In this document: one piece after another, positions 10,815 through 23,094 of the stretch | How positions within the stretch are numbered: position 1 is the first letter of the stretch | Layout of the letters: every line of letters starts with the position of its first letter | DNA from: an uncultured Verrucomicrobiae bacterium | GTDB lineage: Bacteria; Verrucomicrobiota; Verrucomicrobiia; Limisphaerales; JAFGQR01 | Assembly: GCA_963788655.1 (NCBI GenBank) | Contig: CAWBHS010000017.1 | Location: 14,353 to 78,352, forward strand | Length of the DNA: 64,000 nucleotides | Direction of reading: 5' to 3' | Program-made: the position numbers and the translations under genes | The notes under the pieces: model-generated | What the model was told of the DNA's origin: nothing | Databases searched by the model: none | What the model saw: the letters and a program-made list of their open reading frames with translations, nothing else

Positions 10815-11011
10815 AGCAGCATTGAACCATTTTGCTGGGCATAGTCAATTTCAACCACGCAGGAACCGTTCACCCATTCAACGAGACTGCCAATGTTCTT
10901 GAGCCGTTTGTGCCTCTTTGGTGGCCAGCTCAACTGCGGAATCCAGCGGTGCTCTGACGAGCCACCGCCACAACCGGTTTGGGTTTTGACGGGGACATGA
11001 AGTATGCGGGA

Positions 11012-13812
11012 CTAACGCTGCGCGCGCACGGTTTTGGTTTCACCATTAACGACGATTGTTACCGGGCGTGGCTGGGTCGAGGTGATGCGGTAGTCCGTCA
11101 CCGTGCCGTCCTGCCACTGGAAGTCCACGGTGAAGTTGCCGCGCGCGCGCAGGCCCTGGACGGAACCCGTCGCCCACGCCTTCGGCAGGGCCGGGAGCAG
11201 GCGGAGGATGGGCTGGCCGTCGGGGGTGAGTTCGTGGCTTTGAATCAACATTTCAGCCACGGCCGCACAGCCGCCGAAGTTGCCGTCAATCTGAAACGGC
11301 GCGTGCAGGCAGAACAGGTTCGGCGCGCCGCGGCCAATCAGCATCGTCAGCAATTTGTTGGCATGGTCGCCATCCTGCAGGCGAGCCCAGAAGTTAGCCT
11401 TCCAGGCCATGGACCAGCCGGTGGAGGCATCGCCGCGACGTTCCAGCGAAAGTCGCGCGCCTTGGAACAATTCGGGAGCCTGAGGATTGATTTCCGTTCC
11501 TGGGTAAAGACCCCACAGGTGCGAACAATGGCGGTGATGAATTTCAGCTTCCTCGAAATCTTCCTGCCATTCCATGATCCGACCGGCTTGGTTCACGCGG
11601 GTGGGCATGAGCCGGGCCCGGGTGGCGTCCAGGCTTCGGGCAAAGTCTTCGTCGGTTCCGAGGATGCGTGCGGCTTTGGCAGTGCGGGCCAGCAAGTCGC
11701 GGATGATTTGCAGGTCAAAGGTTGAGCCCACGCAGAAGGACGTGGTGTGACTCTTTCCGTCGCGATCTTGGTAGCGGTAGGAATTCTCCGGGGAGTTGGA
11801 GGGGGCGGTCACCAGCAAATGGGTCTTGGGATCCTCCACCAATACAGCCTGACAGAACTCGCTCGCCCCTCGCATCAGCGGATAATACTTCCGCAGAAAT
11901 TCCTTATCCAACGTGAAAGCATAATGCGTCGCGATGTGCTGGGCCAACCAGGCGCCGCAGGTGGGGCCAACGCAAGCCCCCAGGTTGCTCGGCGAAGTGT
12001 CATACCAGGGATTCTGCGTGTGGTTCGCCATCCAGCCGGGGGCGTTGTAATAGGCCTTGGCGGTCTTGGCGCCTTCCCGGGCCACGCCCTCGATAAACCG
12101 CATCAGCGGCAGATGGCACTCCGAAAGATTCGCCACCTCGGCCGGCCAATAATTCATCTGCAAATTGATATTGCTATGAAAATCGCCGCGCCAGGGGGTG
12201 TCGTATTCCTCGGCCCATATCCCTTGCAGATTGGTCGGGAGTTGCGAGTCTGGCCGCGAGCCGGAAACCATCAGGTGGCGACCGAACTGGAAGTAGAGCG
12301 CCGCCAGCGCTGGATCGGGAACGGCTTCCGCTTGGCGGACACGTTCCGGCGTGGGTAACTTCGAATTGGCGCCCTCGGGCAGCGAGATCCGGCAACGGTT
12401 CATGAACGACGAATGGTCGGTTGCTGCCGCGTTTCGAATGGCCGCAAACGGTTTCGCCAGGGCCCGGGTTAACCGCTGTCGCACTCCAGACGCATATTCC
12501 TTGTCAAACAGGTCCGTGCCGGCGGACACGATGAGCGTTACCTCATCCGCTCCCGCGATGGACAGGCCGGATTCTGTAGCCGTGACGGTGCCGCCTTGGG
12601 TGGTCGCGCCGAGAAGGGCCAGGTAACGCACGCCTTCCCCGGTGGCGCCTTTGGGCTTGTGGAAAGGAAGCTGGCCTTCCATCCGCTGAAACTCGCCCTC
12701 GGTCGCGGTGCTTGCGTTCTCCCGGCGGGACAGGGCCGCAGTCAACGAGAGGGCACCCGGCTGGCTGGCCTTGAGGTGCAGCGCGATTACTTCATCCGGT
12801 TTGGAAACCACCAGTTCGCGCGTGAAACCAACTCCCTCGCGCGTGTACCGCGTGGTGGCCACGCCGGTCATCAGATTGAGATCACGCCGGTAATCGTCCG
12901 GCACGGAACCCGGGGCGGTGGTCATATCAATGCCCGTCAAGACGATCTCCGCTACCTGGAAGTAAGCTTCCTGCGGCGTGAACGTGAAACGATAGAACCG
13001 GCAGGCGGCTGGCTTGGCGATGTCAAAGGTCTTAGTCTGGTGACGTTGTTCAAATGGTTTGCCGGGGCGGCGGCGGTCCAGTTCAGTCCAGGTTTTGCCA
13101 TCCACCGATCCCTCGAGTGCCCACACTTGAGGATCACGATTGGGCATGTCGTCTCCACTGGTCAAAGTATAAGAGGAGGCGGTCTGCTCCTTGACCAACT
13201 CGATCTGCCAAACCACGGCTTGGCCGCCTTATCCACACACCACTTCGTGCCAGGATCGCCATCCACGCAATTGGCAATCGTTTTCCCGTCCCCGTGCTCG
13301 TGTCCGCTGGGCGAGATAACTTTGTTCTCCGTCGCTTTGCCGCCAAAATTCAAAGTCAAATCACCCAGCGTTTGATACGATCCGAATTGATCTCGATCAT
13401 TCCAACCGCGGACACCATCGGCATAACCGAAGTTCCGGGAGAGCTCACGCTGCGCTGCGCCGAGGTTGCCGGCAAACAGGTTGCTGCGCACCTCCGGCAG
13501 GCATTGATAGGCCCCATAGCGATTGCCGTCGTAGGGACCCCCGGTCCAGACGGACGACTCGTTGAGCACAATTCGCTGCTGGCTGATCCCACCGAGATCC
13601 ATGGCTCCCAGCCGGCCATTGCCCAGCACCGAAGATTCATGGAAAGTGCGAGCGGGCTTCACAAACCACACGCTCATCGGCTCGACCGGAACCCACGCCG
13701 CATCGGCCGGTTTCGGATTTTGGCCCGCATCCATTGGCTGGGCCAAAAGCGGACCCGCGATCCAGGTCAGCAGCGCTGCCTTGCCAATAATCAGCTTCAG
13801 GAACTTCTTCAT
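11012..13812 (-). CDS. GH95 alpha-L-fucosidase-like hydrolase with F5/8 type C-like insert (one frameshift near 13210)
   Basis: [55 protein letters not shown]. Confidence 0.88.
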
Positions 13813-13968
13813 AAGGCTATCCAGACTTTGGTTTATTTCAGACGGTGTGGTTCAGGATAGAAGAATCCGTACTGCACGGGAAGCATCAAAAGAGACTGGT
13901 TCTTGTTGAATGGATGCCGCTCAGCAAATCGGCTCGCATAATCCGGCGCCGAGACAGATGCTTCGCGC

Positions 13969-16900
13969 ATGACATTCACCTTAGTAATGCCCTGCGTGCG
14001 CTTCGCTCGACGCACGACTTCTCATCCGCTTCAATGCTTCAACTTTTTGATCCTTCAACCACTTCGTCTTCGGTTCTGCCGCGCTCTATCACTGGCAGCG
14101 CTGCTGGCGCTTGTTATTAACGGACGTACTGCCCAAAACGCGGCGAGCACCGCGACCGGAATACGCCCGAGTCTCGACCTGGACGGCGTTTGGGAATTTG
14201 CCACCGACCCGGAGCGGAGCGGGGAAAAGGAGAAATGGTTCGAGCCGCAATCCACGTGGCCCGCCATGCCACGGACGGGTTATGCGCCAACCGCCAATGG
14301 CACCATTCGCGTTCCCGGGATTTGGGACAATCAAGGGTACGGGACCGAAACGCCTAAAGTGCGCCACAACTTTGTGGGCTTGGGTTGGTATCGGCGAACA
14401 GTCCGGATCCCGTCAGACTGGACGGGCCGGCGGGTGTTTCTTTGGATCGGTGGCGCGCACCGTTATGCAAAGGCTTGGGTCAACGGCCACTATTTGGGCG
14501 AGCACATCGGGTATCTGTCGGCGTTCGAGTTCGAAGTGACGGACCAGGTGCGAACAGGTCAACCGGCGACGTTGGTCATTCAAGTGGACTCCCAACAACG
14601 TTGGGAAGTGGACACGATGTTTGGAGCGTCGGATCTGGCCGATTACATGGACGTGGCTTGGGGCGGAATTTGGGGTCACGTGCGGTTGGAGGCGCGGGCT
14701 CATGTCTGGCTGAGTGAACTGTTCTTGCAACCTCACGTGAAGACCTCCAGTTGCACCGCCAGCGCAAGAGTGCATGGCGACGCGGGTCAGGCCGAAGCAA
14801 TCAGGTTGGAAGTATGGGACAGCAACGGCCAAAAGGTGACGCAGAAAGAACGTCGCCTCGAAGCTCCGCTGGTTGCCGGTGCCAACGTGCAAATCACCGC
14901 GACGATTCCTGAGGCCAGGTTGTGGTCGCCGGATCAGCCGGTGCGGTATCGCGCCCGGCTGACTTTGCTCCAGGCTGGCAAACCACTGGATGTGATCGAC
15001 GATGGCTTTGGAATGCGCGAACTACGTCTCGACGGACCGTTCATCATTTTGAATGGCAAACGATTGTTCCTGCGCGGTTACGGCGACGATCATATTTATC
15101 CGGAGCAAATGGCGATGCCCACGGACAAGGAGCTGTTCCGGCAACGGCTGCGGCTCATCAAGAGTTACGGATTCAACCACGTTCGCCATCACAGCACCAT
15201 CATGCCGCCGGAGTATTACGACGCTTGCGACGAGATCGGCATCATGCCCACGGCGGAGTTTCCCATCGCCTACGCCTCCTACTTGCCGGGCGCGGAGCAA
15301 TGGAAGCAGCACGTGCCGCCGGGCACCGATCCGGGGCCGGCGTGGGAAACCTACCAGCGCGAATGGGCCGCCGCCATCAAACGCCATCGGAATCATCCCT
15401 CGATTTTCGCCTGGGTGATGGGCAACGAGTTGTGGAACGGCATTCCGTTGCGTCACGAATTTCAACGCCTCGCCCGCGAATTGGATCCGCGCCGGCCCTT
15501 TGCCGACACCGACGGCGTCACCGAAATGTGGCAGCACATTCTCGATCCGAAGAACGACCGCGAAACGCTGGACGTTTATTTCCTGATGTTCGACGTGGGC
15601 CGCAATCCGTTGGACCTGCCGGACAAATTCAAAACGCCTCGACCGATCAAACCGATTATCTCGCATGAGACGGGCAACTACGTGACGTTCACCCGGCCCG
15701 ATTCGGCGGCAGCCTTCCGCGCCAACATCAAACCGTTTTGGATGACGGAAGGCCGGACCAAACTCGAGCGCTTGGGTTTGCTGGATGAAGCGCCGCAGTG
15801 GGCGGAAGCATCCGAACGGCTCTATGGTCTGCTGCACAAGACCAACCTGGAGGCGCTGCGGAAGAATCCCTTCATCTCCGGTTATCACTGGTGGTTGTTT
15901 CAAGACTATTGGACCACGGCCAACGGTTTGGTGGATCATTGCTTTCGTCCCAAGTCCATTACGGCGGACACGGTACGCCGGTTCAACAATGAGGTGGTCT
16001 TGCTCCAGGATGGTTTGGAACTGACCTACCGAGGCGAGGAACTGATGACGGTGAAATTGCTCGTGTCCAACTATTCTCCCGGATTGCTGACTGACGGCCG
16101 GTGCGCATGGTCGTTGCGAGCGAATGACCAGGCGATTGCGGGTGACCAATTACCGGGCGCGCACGTGGGGCAGGGGGACGTGGCACAAGTGGGGCATTTG
16201 GAATTAACCTTGCCGGACGTCAAAGAGCCGACGCGGTTACACCTTGAAGTGGAATGGCTGGACAACTCTCTGAAGACATCCGCTGCCTCCCAAAAGCGCT
16301 GGCAGAATGATTGGACCACTTGGCTGTATCCGCAGTCCATCGCGAAGCCGGCGATACCGGTTCCGCTATATGGCAGTGCGGCACAATTGAAGCGGTGGCC
16401 GGAATTGGGTCTGGCGCCAATTCCCCAAACGGGCGAATTGCCCAAGCGCGCGGTTTACGTGATGGGCCATCTCAACCGGCGGGTGCTGTCCACGGTGGAA
16501 CAGGGCGCCTGCCTGGTGTTGCTCCAGGGCGGGCGAGTGTTCAATTCGCGGCCGTTGACGTTCCGCAGCTCGTGGTGGAAAGCCGGCGACGACTTGAACG
16601 CCAACCTGTGCGGAACGCGAGTGTATGATTATCCCATCACCCGCGCCATGGCGCCGGACGGTTGGTGCGATGCGGGTTGGTTCCACTTGCTCGAAGGCGG
16701 AAGGAAAATCATCCTCGAGCAATTTCCCCAGCGTCCGCAAGTGATCATTCGCGCGCTGCCCAGCCTGCGAGCGGTGGAGGACGACGCGATCCTGTTCGAG
16801 GTGGGACTGGGTCAGGGTGCGTTGCTGGTGAGTGGCCTGAACCATGAACAAAGTCGCGGCCGGCCGGAGAACGATTGGCTCCTTGCGCAAATGATGAAGC

Positions 16901-17477
16901 ATGCCGCTACCTTGCCAAGCCCCAAGGTCAAGTGGCCCCTGGCGGCCTTGCCGCTGGCGGAGCGTTGGCACTGGACGGGGCGCTTTCCGGCTTTGCGAAG
17001 CTGGTGCGCAATGACGGCGAAGAAGGCGTCTGGTATTCCTTTCGCGAAGACAATGTGAAGATGCCCATCTGCCGTCAGACCCAGCTCGGCCACCTGGTCG
17101 AATGGGAAACGGCACCGGTGCCGACCGATGGGAAGGAAGATCGGGTGACGTTCGTTTTTGCCGGCGGACTGGGTTATCGCTCGGAGCCCAAGACTGACGG
17201 ATTTGTGTTCCTCGTGAACGGTTCGGAGCAAGTCCGCTTCGACCTGCCCGAGCAGACCAACCAGTGGCAATCCGCCGACGGACGAGTAACCATGCGCTTT
17301 CGTGACATTGCGCCAGTTGCCCCACGATCAACTGGGATTGTTCCAGATAACGTTGGCCAGCACCTTCTGCCAGCCAGGGAAACCTTGCCGGTTCGGCGTG
17401 CGCTCACTGGGACAGGGCAGCCGGCGCTGGTTTGGTCTGAACCTCTATACCGACGCGAACGAAGCGGAATAGGATAA
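13969..17477 (+). CDS. GH2-family glycoside hydrolase (frameshift near 16980; start uncertain)
   Basis: LDLDGVWEF, GWYRR, NGKRLFLRG, GFNHVRHH, RNHPSIFAWVMGNE. Confidence 0.85.
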
Positions 17478-17681
17478 GGACAAGGGGTTCCAATCCGTTG
17501 ACCCAAAAAGGGCGCCAGTTGTCGGCCAAACCGCCATGAGTGGCTTCAGCGCGCCCAGGCACCCCTTCGTCGCCGCAATTTCTCCCGCGTGGTTGCGGGC
17601 CGGCAGAATTGCTGGCAACCTTGAGCGCGAAATTAATACTGTCGGACAAATGTCAACCATCAGTGCCCGAACGCAGATCGC

Positions 17682-19057
17682 ATGAAACGCCCCCGTATCC
17701 TCCACCGCTTCGTTAGCCCGGTTGCGATGGGTAGCTTGGCCAGGTTGGTCCTGCTGCTGAGCTTTCGCGCGCTTATGGCGGCTGAACCAACGATGACCGG
17801 CCCGGCTCAGCCGTCGCTGATTGCTTCGCCCGAGCCAGGTTGGCCGCAATGGCGGGGACCGCGACGCGACGGCATCTGCGACGAAACCGGTCTGCTCCCA
17901 AGCTGGCCGGATGGCGGACCAATGTTGCTCTGGAAAACAAACGGACTGGGCCGTGGCTACTCGTGCCCAATCATCACCGGTGGCCGGATTTATCTCACCG
18001 GCGACTTCCCCGGCGGATTGCGTTTGTTCGCGCTCGACCTAAAGGGCCAACGCGTGTGGGAAGCCACCAACGGCCTGCCCTGGAAAGGACCGTATCCCGG
18101 ATCGCGCGCTTGTGTGGCCGTTCGCGATGGGCGGGTTTTTCACATGAACGCGCACGGTCGCGTCGCCTGCTTCGACGCGGTAACGGGCCGGGAACTGTGG
18201 GCGGTAAACATGCTGAAGCGTTTTGAGGGGCGGAACCTCACTTGGGCGGTGAGCGAGTGCCTGCTGGTCGATGGACCGCGCGTCATCGTGACCGCCGGCG
18301 GTCGGCAGGCGCTGATGGCTGCGTTGGACGTTCGCAACGGCCAGACCGTGTGGACGACCGAACCGCTGATCGCCAACCGCTCGGATAGCTCGGCGCAAAC
18401 AGGCGGCGACGAAGCCGTCGGAGAAATCGAATCCACCAGTTACGCGTCGCCAATCCTAGTCCAGCTTGGTGGGCGCCGGCAAATCGTGGGCTGCTCCTTG
18501 CGACATCTCTTCGGGGTGGACGCCGACACTGGCCATTTGCTCTGGACGCGTCCATTGCGCACGCGGTTCGAGGTCATTGCCGCTACCCCGGTGCTGATCG
18601 GCGACGCCGTCTTCGGCACCGCGCCGGACACGGACGACGCCAAGCTCTATCGGATTCGCCCGGCTCTGTCGGGCGTCGCGCTAGAAGAACTCTGGACAAC
18701 CCGTCTCGACACTTGTCACGGCGGGTTGGTGTTCGTGGACGGCTCGCTATATGGTTCGTGGTACCGGCGCCACAAAGGCTGGGCCTGTGTCGATGCGCGG
18801 ACTGGCGCCGTGCGCTACGAAACCAATGCCCTGGCCAAAGGCTCAGTGTTGTATGCCGATGGCCGGCTATACTGCTTGAGCGAGGAAGGCGAAATGGCCT
18901 TCATCAAACCCGGTCTGACTGGCTTCGAGTTCGTGGGCCGCTTCCGCCTGGTCGCGGAAAAAAGAGCGATGTCTGGACCCATCCGGTGATCCTCAATGGC
19001 AAACTCTACCTCCGCTATCACGACACGCTGTTCTGCTACGATATTCGCGCGAAGTGA
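17682..19057 (+). CDS. PQQ-like beta-propeller protein (frameshift at A-run near 18960)
   Basis: WPQWRGPRRDG, YASPI, WTHPVILNGKLYLR...CYD. Confidence 0.85.
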
Positions 19058-19183
19058 GCCTCTGACGGCGCTTGTTCACGACTATGAAGGCCAACCGTTG
19101 ATCAAATTCGATTTGTCTCGGAGAGAATCGGCTAGTTCTCGCGGTACCGGTCAAATGAAAACGTCACCGTGACTTCCTGAAGG

Positions 19184-19882
19184 CTACTGGATTCTTTGCT
19201 CACCTCCTGTGCGGGAGGCCGGGAGGGTGCTTTCGTGCTTCGGCAGAGGCGGTGCCTTTAAAATGGCAATCACGTTGGTGTGGTGATTCTCCTGCGCCAA
19301 TTGGAGAGGAGTATTGTGCAGCAGGTCCATCGCATTCACATTGGCACCGTAATTCAATAGCACCTTTGCTTCGTCGGCATAACCTCTATCCGCCGCCACG
19401 TGCAGGGGCGTGTCATGGTGTCTGAATCCAGCCGCATTTACATTCGCCCCCCATTTCAACAAAGTTTCTGTCACGGATACGTTCCCATTACACGCGGCCA
19501 AGTGCAAAGGAGTCACGTCGGACCAGTCCTTTGCGTTAACGTCGCCCCCGGCTTTGAGAAGCAACACCACAACCTGATTGTCACCTTTTTCCACCGCTGC
19601 ATGAAGAAGGGTTTCGCTCCAAAATGTGCGGGCTCGAACAAGTGCGGGCGTCCGATGCAACAATCGCTGTATCGCTCCAAGGTTCCCCGCCTCCACTGCG
19701 CCGAAAATTGGACGTGTGCGAAGGATGCTTGTTATCAGAAAACCGCCGCTCACTGCCCAAACCGAGAGAACAAGTAGCCACACACTCTTACGAAGTGCTC
19801 GTCTTTCGATCAATCGGCTGCCTATGACAACAAAGGCCGTCCCAATGACGAGATAAACTAAGAATAGACGTTCATTCAACAT
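19184..19882 (-). CDS. membrane-anchored ankyrin repeat protein
   Basis: two TM helices, then TLLHAA, TPLHLAA, TPLHVAA, TPLQLA repeats. Confidence 0.85.
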   Translation of the reverse strand: MLNERLFLVYLVIGTAFVVIGSRLIERRALRKSVWLLVLSVWAVSGGFLITSILRTRPIFGAVEAGNLGAIQRLLHRTPALVRARTFWSETLLHAAVEKGDNQVVVLLLKAGGDVNAKDWSDVTPLHLAACNGNVSVTETLLKWGANVNAAGFRHHDTPLHVAADRGYADEAKVLLNYGANVNAMDLLHNTPLQLAQENHHTNVIAILKAPPLPKHESTLPASRTGGEQRIQ

Positions 19883-20002
19883 AATGGAGTTGACTGACTC
19901 CAAGCTTATGGAAATGGATTTGCGAATTTCCCGCAAGAAACTTTCGCTGGCACCAATAAGGGGGCACCAATCAGGGTTTGGGCATTGTGAATACCGCCAG
20001 GT

Positions 20003-20205
20003 TTCAGCCCGGCAGGGCGATAGAGAATAGCCCACCGATTTATGGGTGGGAACGAAAGTTCAGCCCGTTGAGTCCCGTCAGGGACGATAGAGTGCATTGC
20101 CGAGCACTTCAATGCTCTGCCGTCCCTCCGGGACTTGATACCCTTTGGCCTACTTACCCATGGTTGAAACCGTGGGCTATTCTCGAAGGTCCTTGCAGGA
20201 CTGAA
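20003..20205. repeat. ~200-bp composite inverted repeat (REP/MITE-like)
   Basis: two inverted copies of the unit also seen at ~9977-10062. Confidence 0.72.
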
Positions 20206-20271
20206 GTGGCAAGCTATTCAAATCTTGATGAAAATCTGAGCAACGCCTTTGGGCAGCACCGCGAGAGCGGT

Positions 20272-21147
20272 TCACGTCGCCGGCACGAATTGCTGGAGCA
20301 CCAAGGTCAGGCCGAACAATCCCAGGAACGCCAGCGCGGTGGCCGCATTACCGCCACATACCGCCAGTAAATCCACGAGCACGATGCCGGCCAGCAAGCC
20401 GGACACACCCCGGCCGATGTTGCGCTGCACCGTCCAGAACGCGTAGCGCAGACAATACAGCATCCAAATCACCAACGCGCCGCTCAACGCCGCGCCCTGG
20501 ATCAAGTACGGCCCGCGGTCCACAACCAGCGCCAATAGGATAGGGACGCCCAACAGCACACACGGCCAGTAGCGAACCGGCGTTTGGATGCTCTCCTTGC
20601 TCGCCAGGTAACTCAGACCGGCAATGTAGGAACCCAGCGCTAGCGCCGACCAAACACTCAAACCCGTGATGCCATCGTTCCCGATGGAAGCCGCCATCAA
20701 CACCAGTAAGGTCCGGCACGCGGCCATAAACACCGGCGAAAAGGCAAAAATCTTGTGGATGGCATCATAGACCAGCAGAGCCAGCGCGAGCAGCACGGCG
20801 ATAATGACTGTGCTCTTGTTGAACATCGCCAGGCAGATCAATCCGATGGCCAGCATGCTTAGGCCCATTTTCCAAACCGTGGTGACGTGAACTTGGCCCG
20901 AGGGAATGGGCCGTTCGCGACGATGCTGCTGGTCGAATTGCACATCGAACGCGTCGTTGAGGAAAACTCCACCTAGGTACAGCCACGTGGCGCCAAGCGT
21001 GAGCCACAGGAACTGTTCGATTTCGCCACCACCACCCAACAGCCATCCCGCCAGGCAATTCGACCAAACCGTGGGCAGGTTCGACACGCGTCCCAAGACA
21101 AGCCAGGTGCGCAGATTAGTGACTGGAGCAGAGGTTGCCATGGTCAT
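20272..21147 (-). CDS. UbiA-family prenyltransferase (EboC-like)
   Basis: LGRVSNLPTVWSN, LNDAFD...ERPIPSG; adjacent to eboE. Confidence 0.87.
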   Translation of the reverse strand: MTMATSAPVTNLRTWLVLGRVSNLPTVWSNCLAGWLLGGGGEIEQFLWLTLGATWLYLGGVFLNDAFDVQFDQQHRRERPIPSGQVHVTTVWKMGLSMLAIGLICLAMFNKSTVIIAVLLALALLVYDAIHKIFAFSPVFMAACRTLLVLMAASIGNDGITGLSVWSALALGSYIAGLSYLASKESIQTPVRYWPCVLLGVPILLALVVDRGPYLIQGAALSGALVIWMLYCLRYAFWTVQRNIGRGVSGLLAGIVLVDLLAVCGGNAATALAFLGLFGLTLVLQQFVPAT

Positions 21148-21180
21148 GCCTTAGCTTAGCCGTTACTCCTTACGAATCTC

Positions 21181-21250
21181 GTAGCAGCCGACGTGAGGAG
21201 GCTCATGCTTTCCACGACGGAAATCAGAGCCTCCTCACGTCGGCTGCTAC
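21181..21250. repeat. GTAG-type REP doublet, perfect 24-bp inverted repeat
   Basis: GTAGCAGCCGACGTGAGGAGGCTC ... GAGCCTCCTCACGTCGGCTGCTAC; related copies at 8909, 9011, 9081, 22687, 37546. Confidence 0.9.
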
Positions 21251-21346
21251 CGTTCAAACTCTGATAGTTGGCTTGCCGATTTCGTCCTGCCTTTGCGCCG
21301 CCGTCATCCATGCCGTTTCCAATCTCCAAATCCATCGTTCCGCAAT

Positions 21347-22526
21347 TCAAATGGCCCCCAGTCCCCGCTCCGCCATTCGCTGCAAGGTCCAATCGTATTC
21401 GGCGGCCAGTTGGTCGATCACGCTGCGGTTCTTCATTTCCGGCGGCATGACTTCCCACGTGTAGGTTTCCATTTCCAAGTGCCGACATAATGCCGGCTCC
21501 TGTGCCAGCAAGTCCAGCAAACCCAGCAGATGATCGGCCGTGTTTTGGAACCGCGCGGTCGGCTGGCTGTGCAGCGGAATGTGAAAATGGATGCGCCACT
21601 CGATGGAAGAATCATCTTCGCCGGCAGCTTGCTCGGCTGGCAAGCGCCACGTCCAGGTCGCGATACCGCACCAGCTGGCCGTCCGCCTGACGTTCGATGA
21701 CCTGGTGAAAATAGACTTCGTCGGCAAACGCCCGGAGCGCCGACTGCACTTCGGGGGTCGGTTGCACTTTGAGTGCGGAGCTGAGGTGGAGCTTGCTGAT
21801 CTTGATGCCGTGTTCGCGAAAACGGTTTACCACCGCGGCCGGTTCTTCAAACTCGACCGCCAGATGGCAGGTGTCGTAATTCACGCCGAGATGCTCGTTC
21901 AACCGGTCATCGCCCGGACGATCGGCCCGCATCCGCTCGAAGAACTCGGCCGTTTCCGCGCTGGTTTCGAGCGTACACAACGGTTCCGGCTCCAATCCGA
22001 GGTGAAGCCGTTTGCCGGATTGCTGACTGAGCTTGGCGATATGTTCCACGCACTGCCACAGGTTGTCGCGCATCGCTCGCACCTGGTCTTCGCTGGTGAT
22101 GAATTCCTTGAACGAGCCGGGCACCGTGCTGACGCTGCCTTCGACGCCCTCCGGCACGAGTTGCGCCAACAGATCAAAGAGCCGATTCGTAAACGCCAAA
22201 CGCTCCGGAGCCGTCCAGTCGGGACGATAGACCTGTTCCTTGACGCGGGTGCCGTGAAACGTGCCGTAGGGAAAGCCGTTAATCGTGAACACGTAGCATT
22301 GGTGTTCCTCCAGCCAGCGTTGGAAGGCGGTGAGCGTTGTCGGGACGCTCAGTTCGCGCGACGCCTGATCGCTCAAGCGCAGGCCAATGGCGTACGGTTT
22401 GCCGGGGCATACCCGTTCCCGCACCGCCAGCGTGTAGCGTTGGAGCGCGTCAAAGGTCTCCGCCCAGGTTTCGCCGCGATGGATGTTCGTGCAATAGGCG
22501 AGGTGCAACCCATGCTTCAGTTTCAT
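21347..22526 (-). CDS. eboE: EboE TIM-barrel metabolite traffic protein (frameshift near 21630)
   Basis: LAYCTNIH, FTINGFPYG.FH..VKEQVY.PDW, LEPEP, WRIHFHIP, LEMETYTW. Confidence 0.88.
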
Positions 22527-22686
22527 CGCCCCCACGTTTACCAGTCATGCCGGAAACAGGCGAGTGTGAATCTGAAAATGCCGGCCGCCGCTCCTCTCCG
22601 TCGCGGTGGATGGGATGGATAGGGTGCCGGTTCGGACGCTGCTAACCTGAATAATTGTCACCCCAGGCTTAGCACGCCGACAGCCT

Positions 22687-22741
22687 GTAGCCGCCGACGT
22701 GAGGAGGCGACGCGCTGGAAGTGGCCCCGGTTCCGCCTCCT
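22687..22741. repeat. GTAG-type REP with truncated second arm, at the distal end of the cassette array
   Basis: gtagccgccgacgtgaggaggcg ... cgcctcct. Confidence 0.75.
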
Positions 22742-22819
22742 GAGTTCGCTCCTTTTTTGGTGCCGAAAGTGTAGCTTATGCCGAGGACTAATCAGTAGGA
22801 TCAGTGTGGTCGTATTCAT
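22742..22819 (-). pseudogene. 5' remnant of a putative eighth cassette gene
   Basis: ATG about 20 nt after the intron-remnant 3' end; hydrophobic MNTTTLILLI start; cut by REP. Confidence 0.4.
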
Positions 22820-22839
22820 AGGCGTTTGGCTGCCGCTGC

Positions 22840-22867
22840 ACCGGGTAGGGGTGAGCGGTCGCCCGCT
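22840..22867 (-). mobile_element. 3'-terminal (domain VI) remnant of a second group II intron
   Basis: agcgggcgaccgctcacccctacccggt versus ggcgggtgaccgcctacgcctacccggt at the end of the intron at 23095. Confidence 0.7.
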
Positions 22868-23077
22868 TTGCTCCTGCAAATCCCACCACTTCCAATGGCC
22901 GTCTGCGTTAAGCTCCCAAACAAGCTTCCGCTCGCGGCAATGCCACGTGCCAGCCATCGACGCCATCGAATTCGCCGAGGATGGAGAAATGGCGAGGGCG
23001 GCTGGCTCCTCTGTCGTGTGAGGCGTGGCACAACCGCACAGAAGCACTGCAAGGAAATACGATGCGATGCATTTCAT
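22868..23077 (-). pseudogene. cassette 7 gene: lipoprotein-like, 3' truncated
   Basis: MKCIASYFLAVLLCGC lipobox-like start 17 nt after intron end; runs into intron remnant. Confidence 0.6.
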
Positions 23078-23094
23078 GGCGCGTGCAAAGTGGG

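Noticed and set aside
11012..19057. Programmed frameshifting or phase variation in GH95, GH2 and PQQ genes
   Set aside because: Indels are window-wide, including essential genes; sequencing error is more parsimonious.
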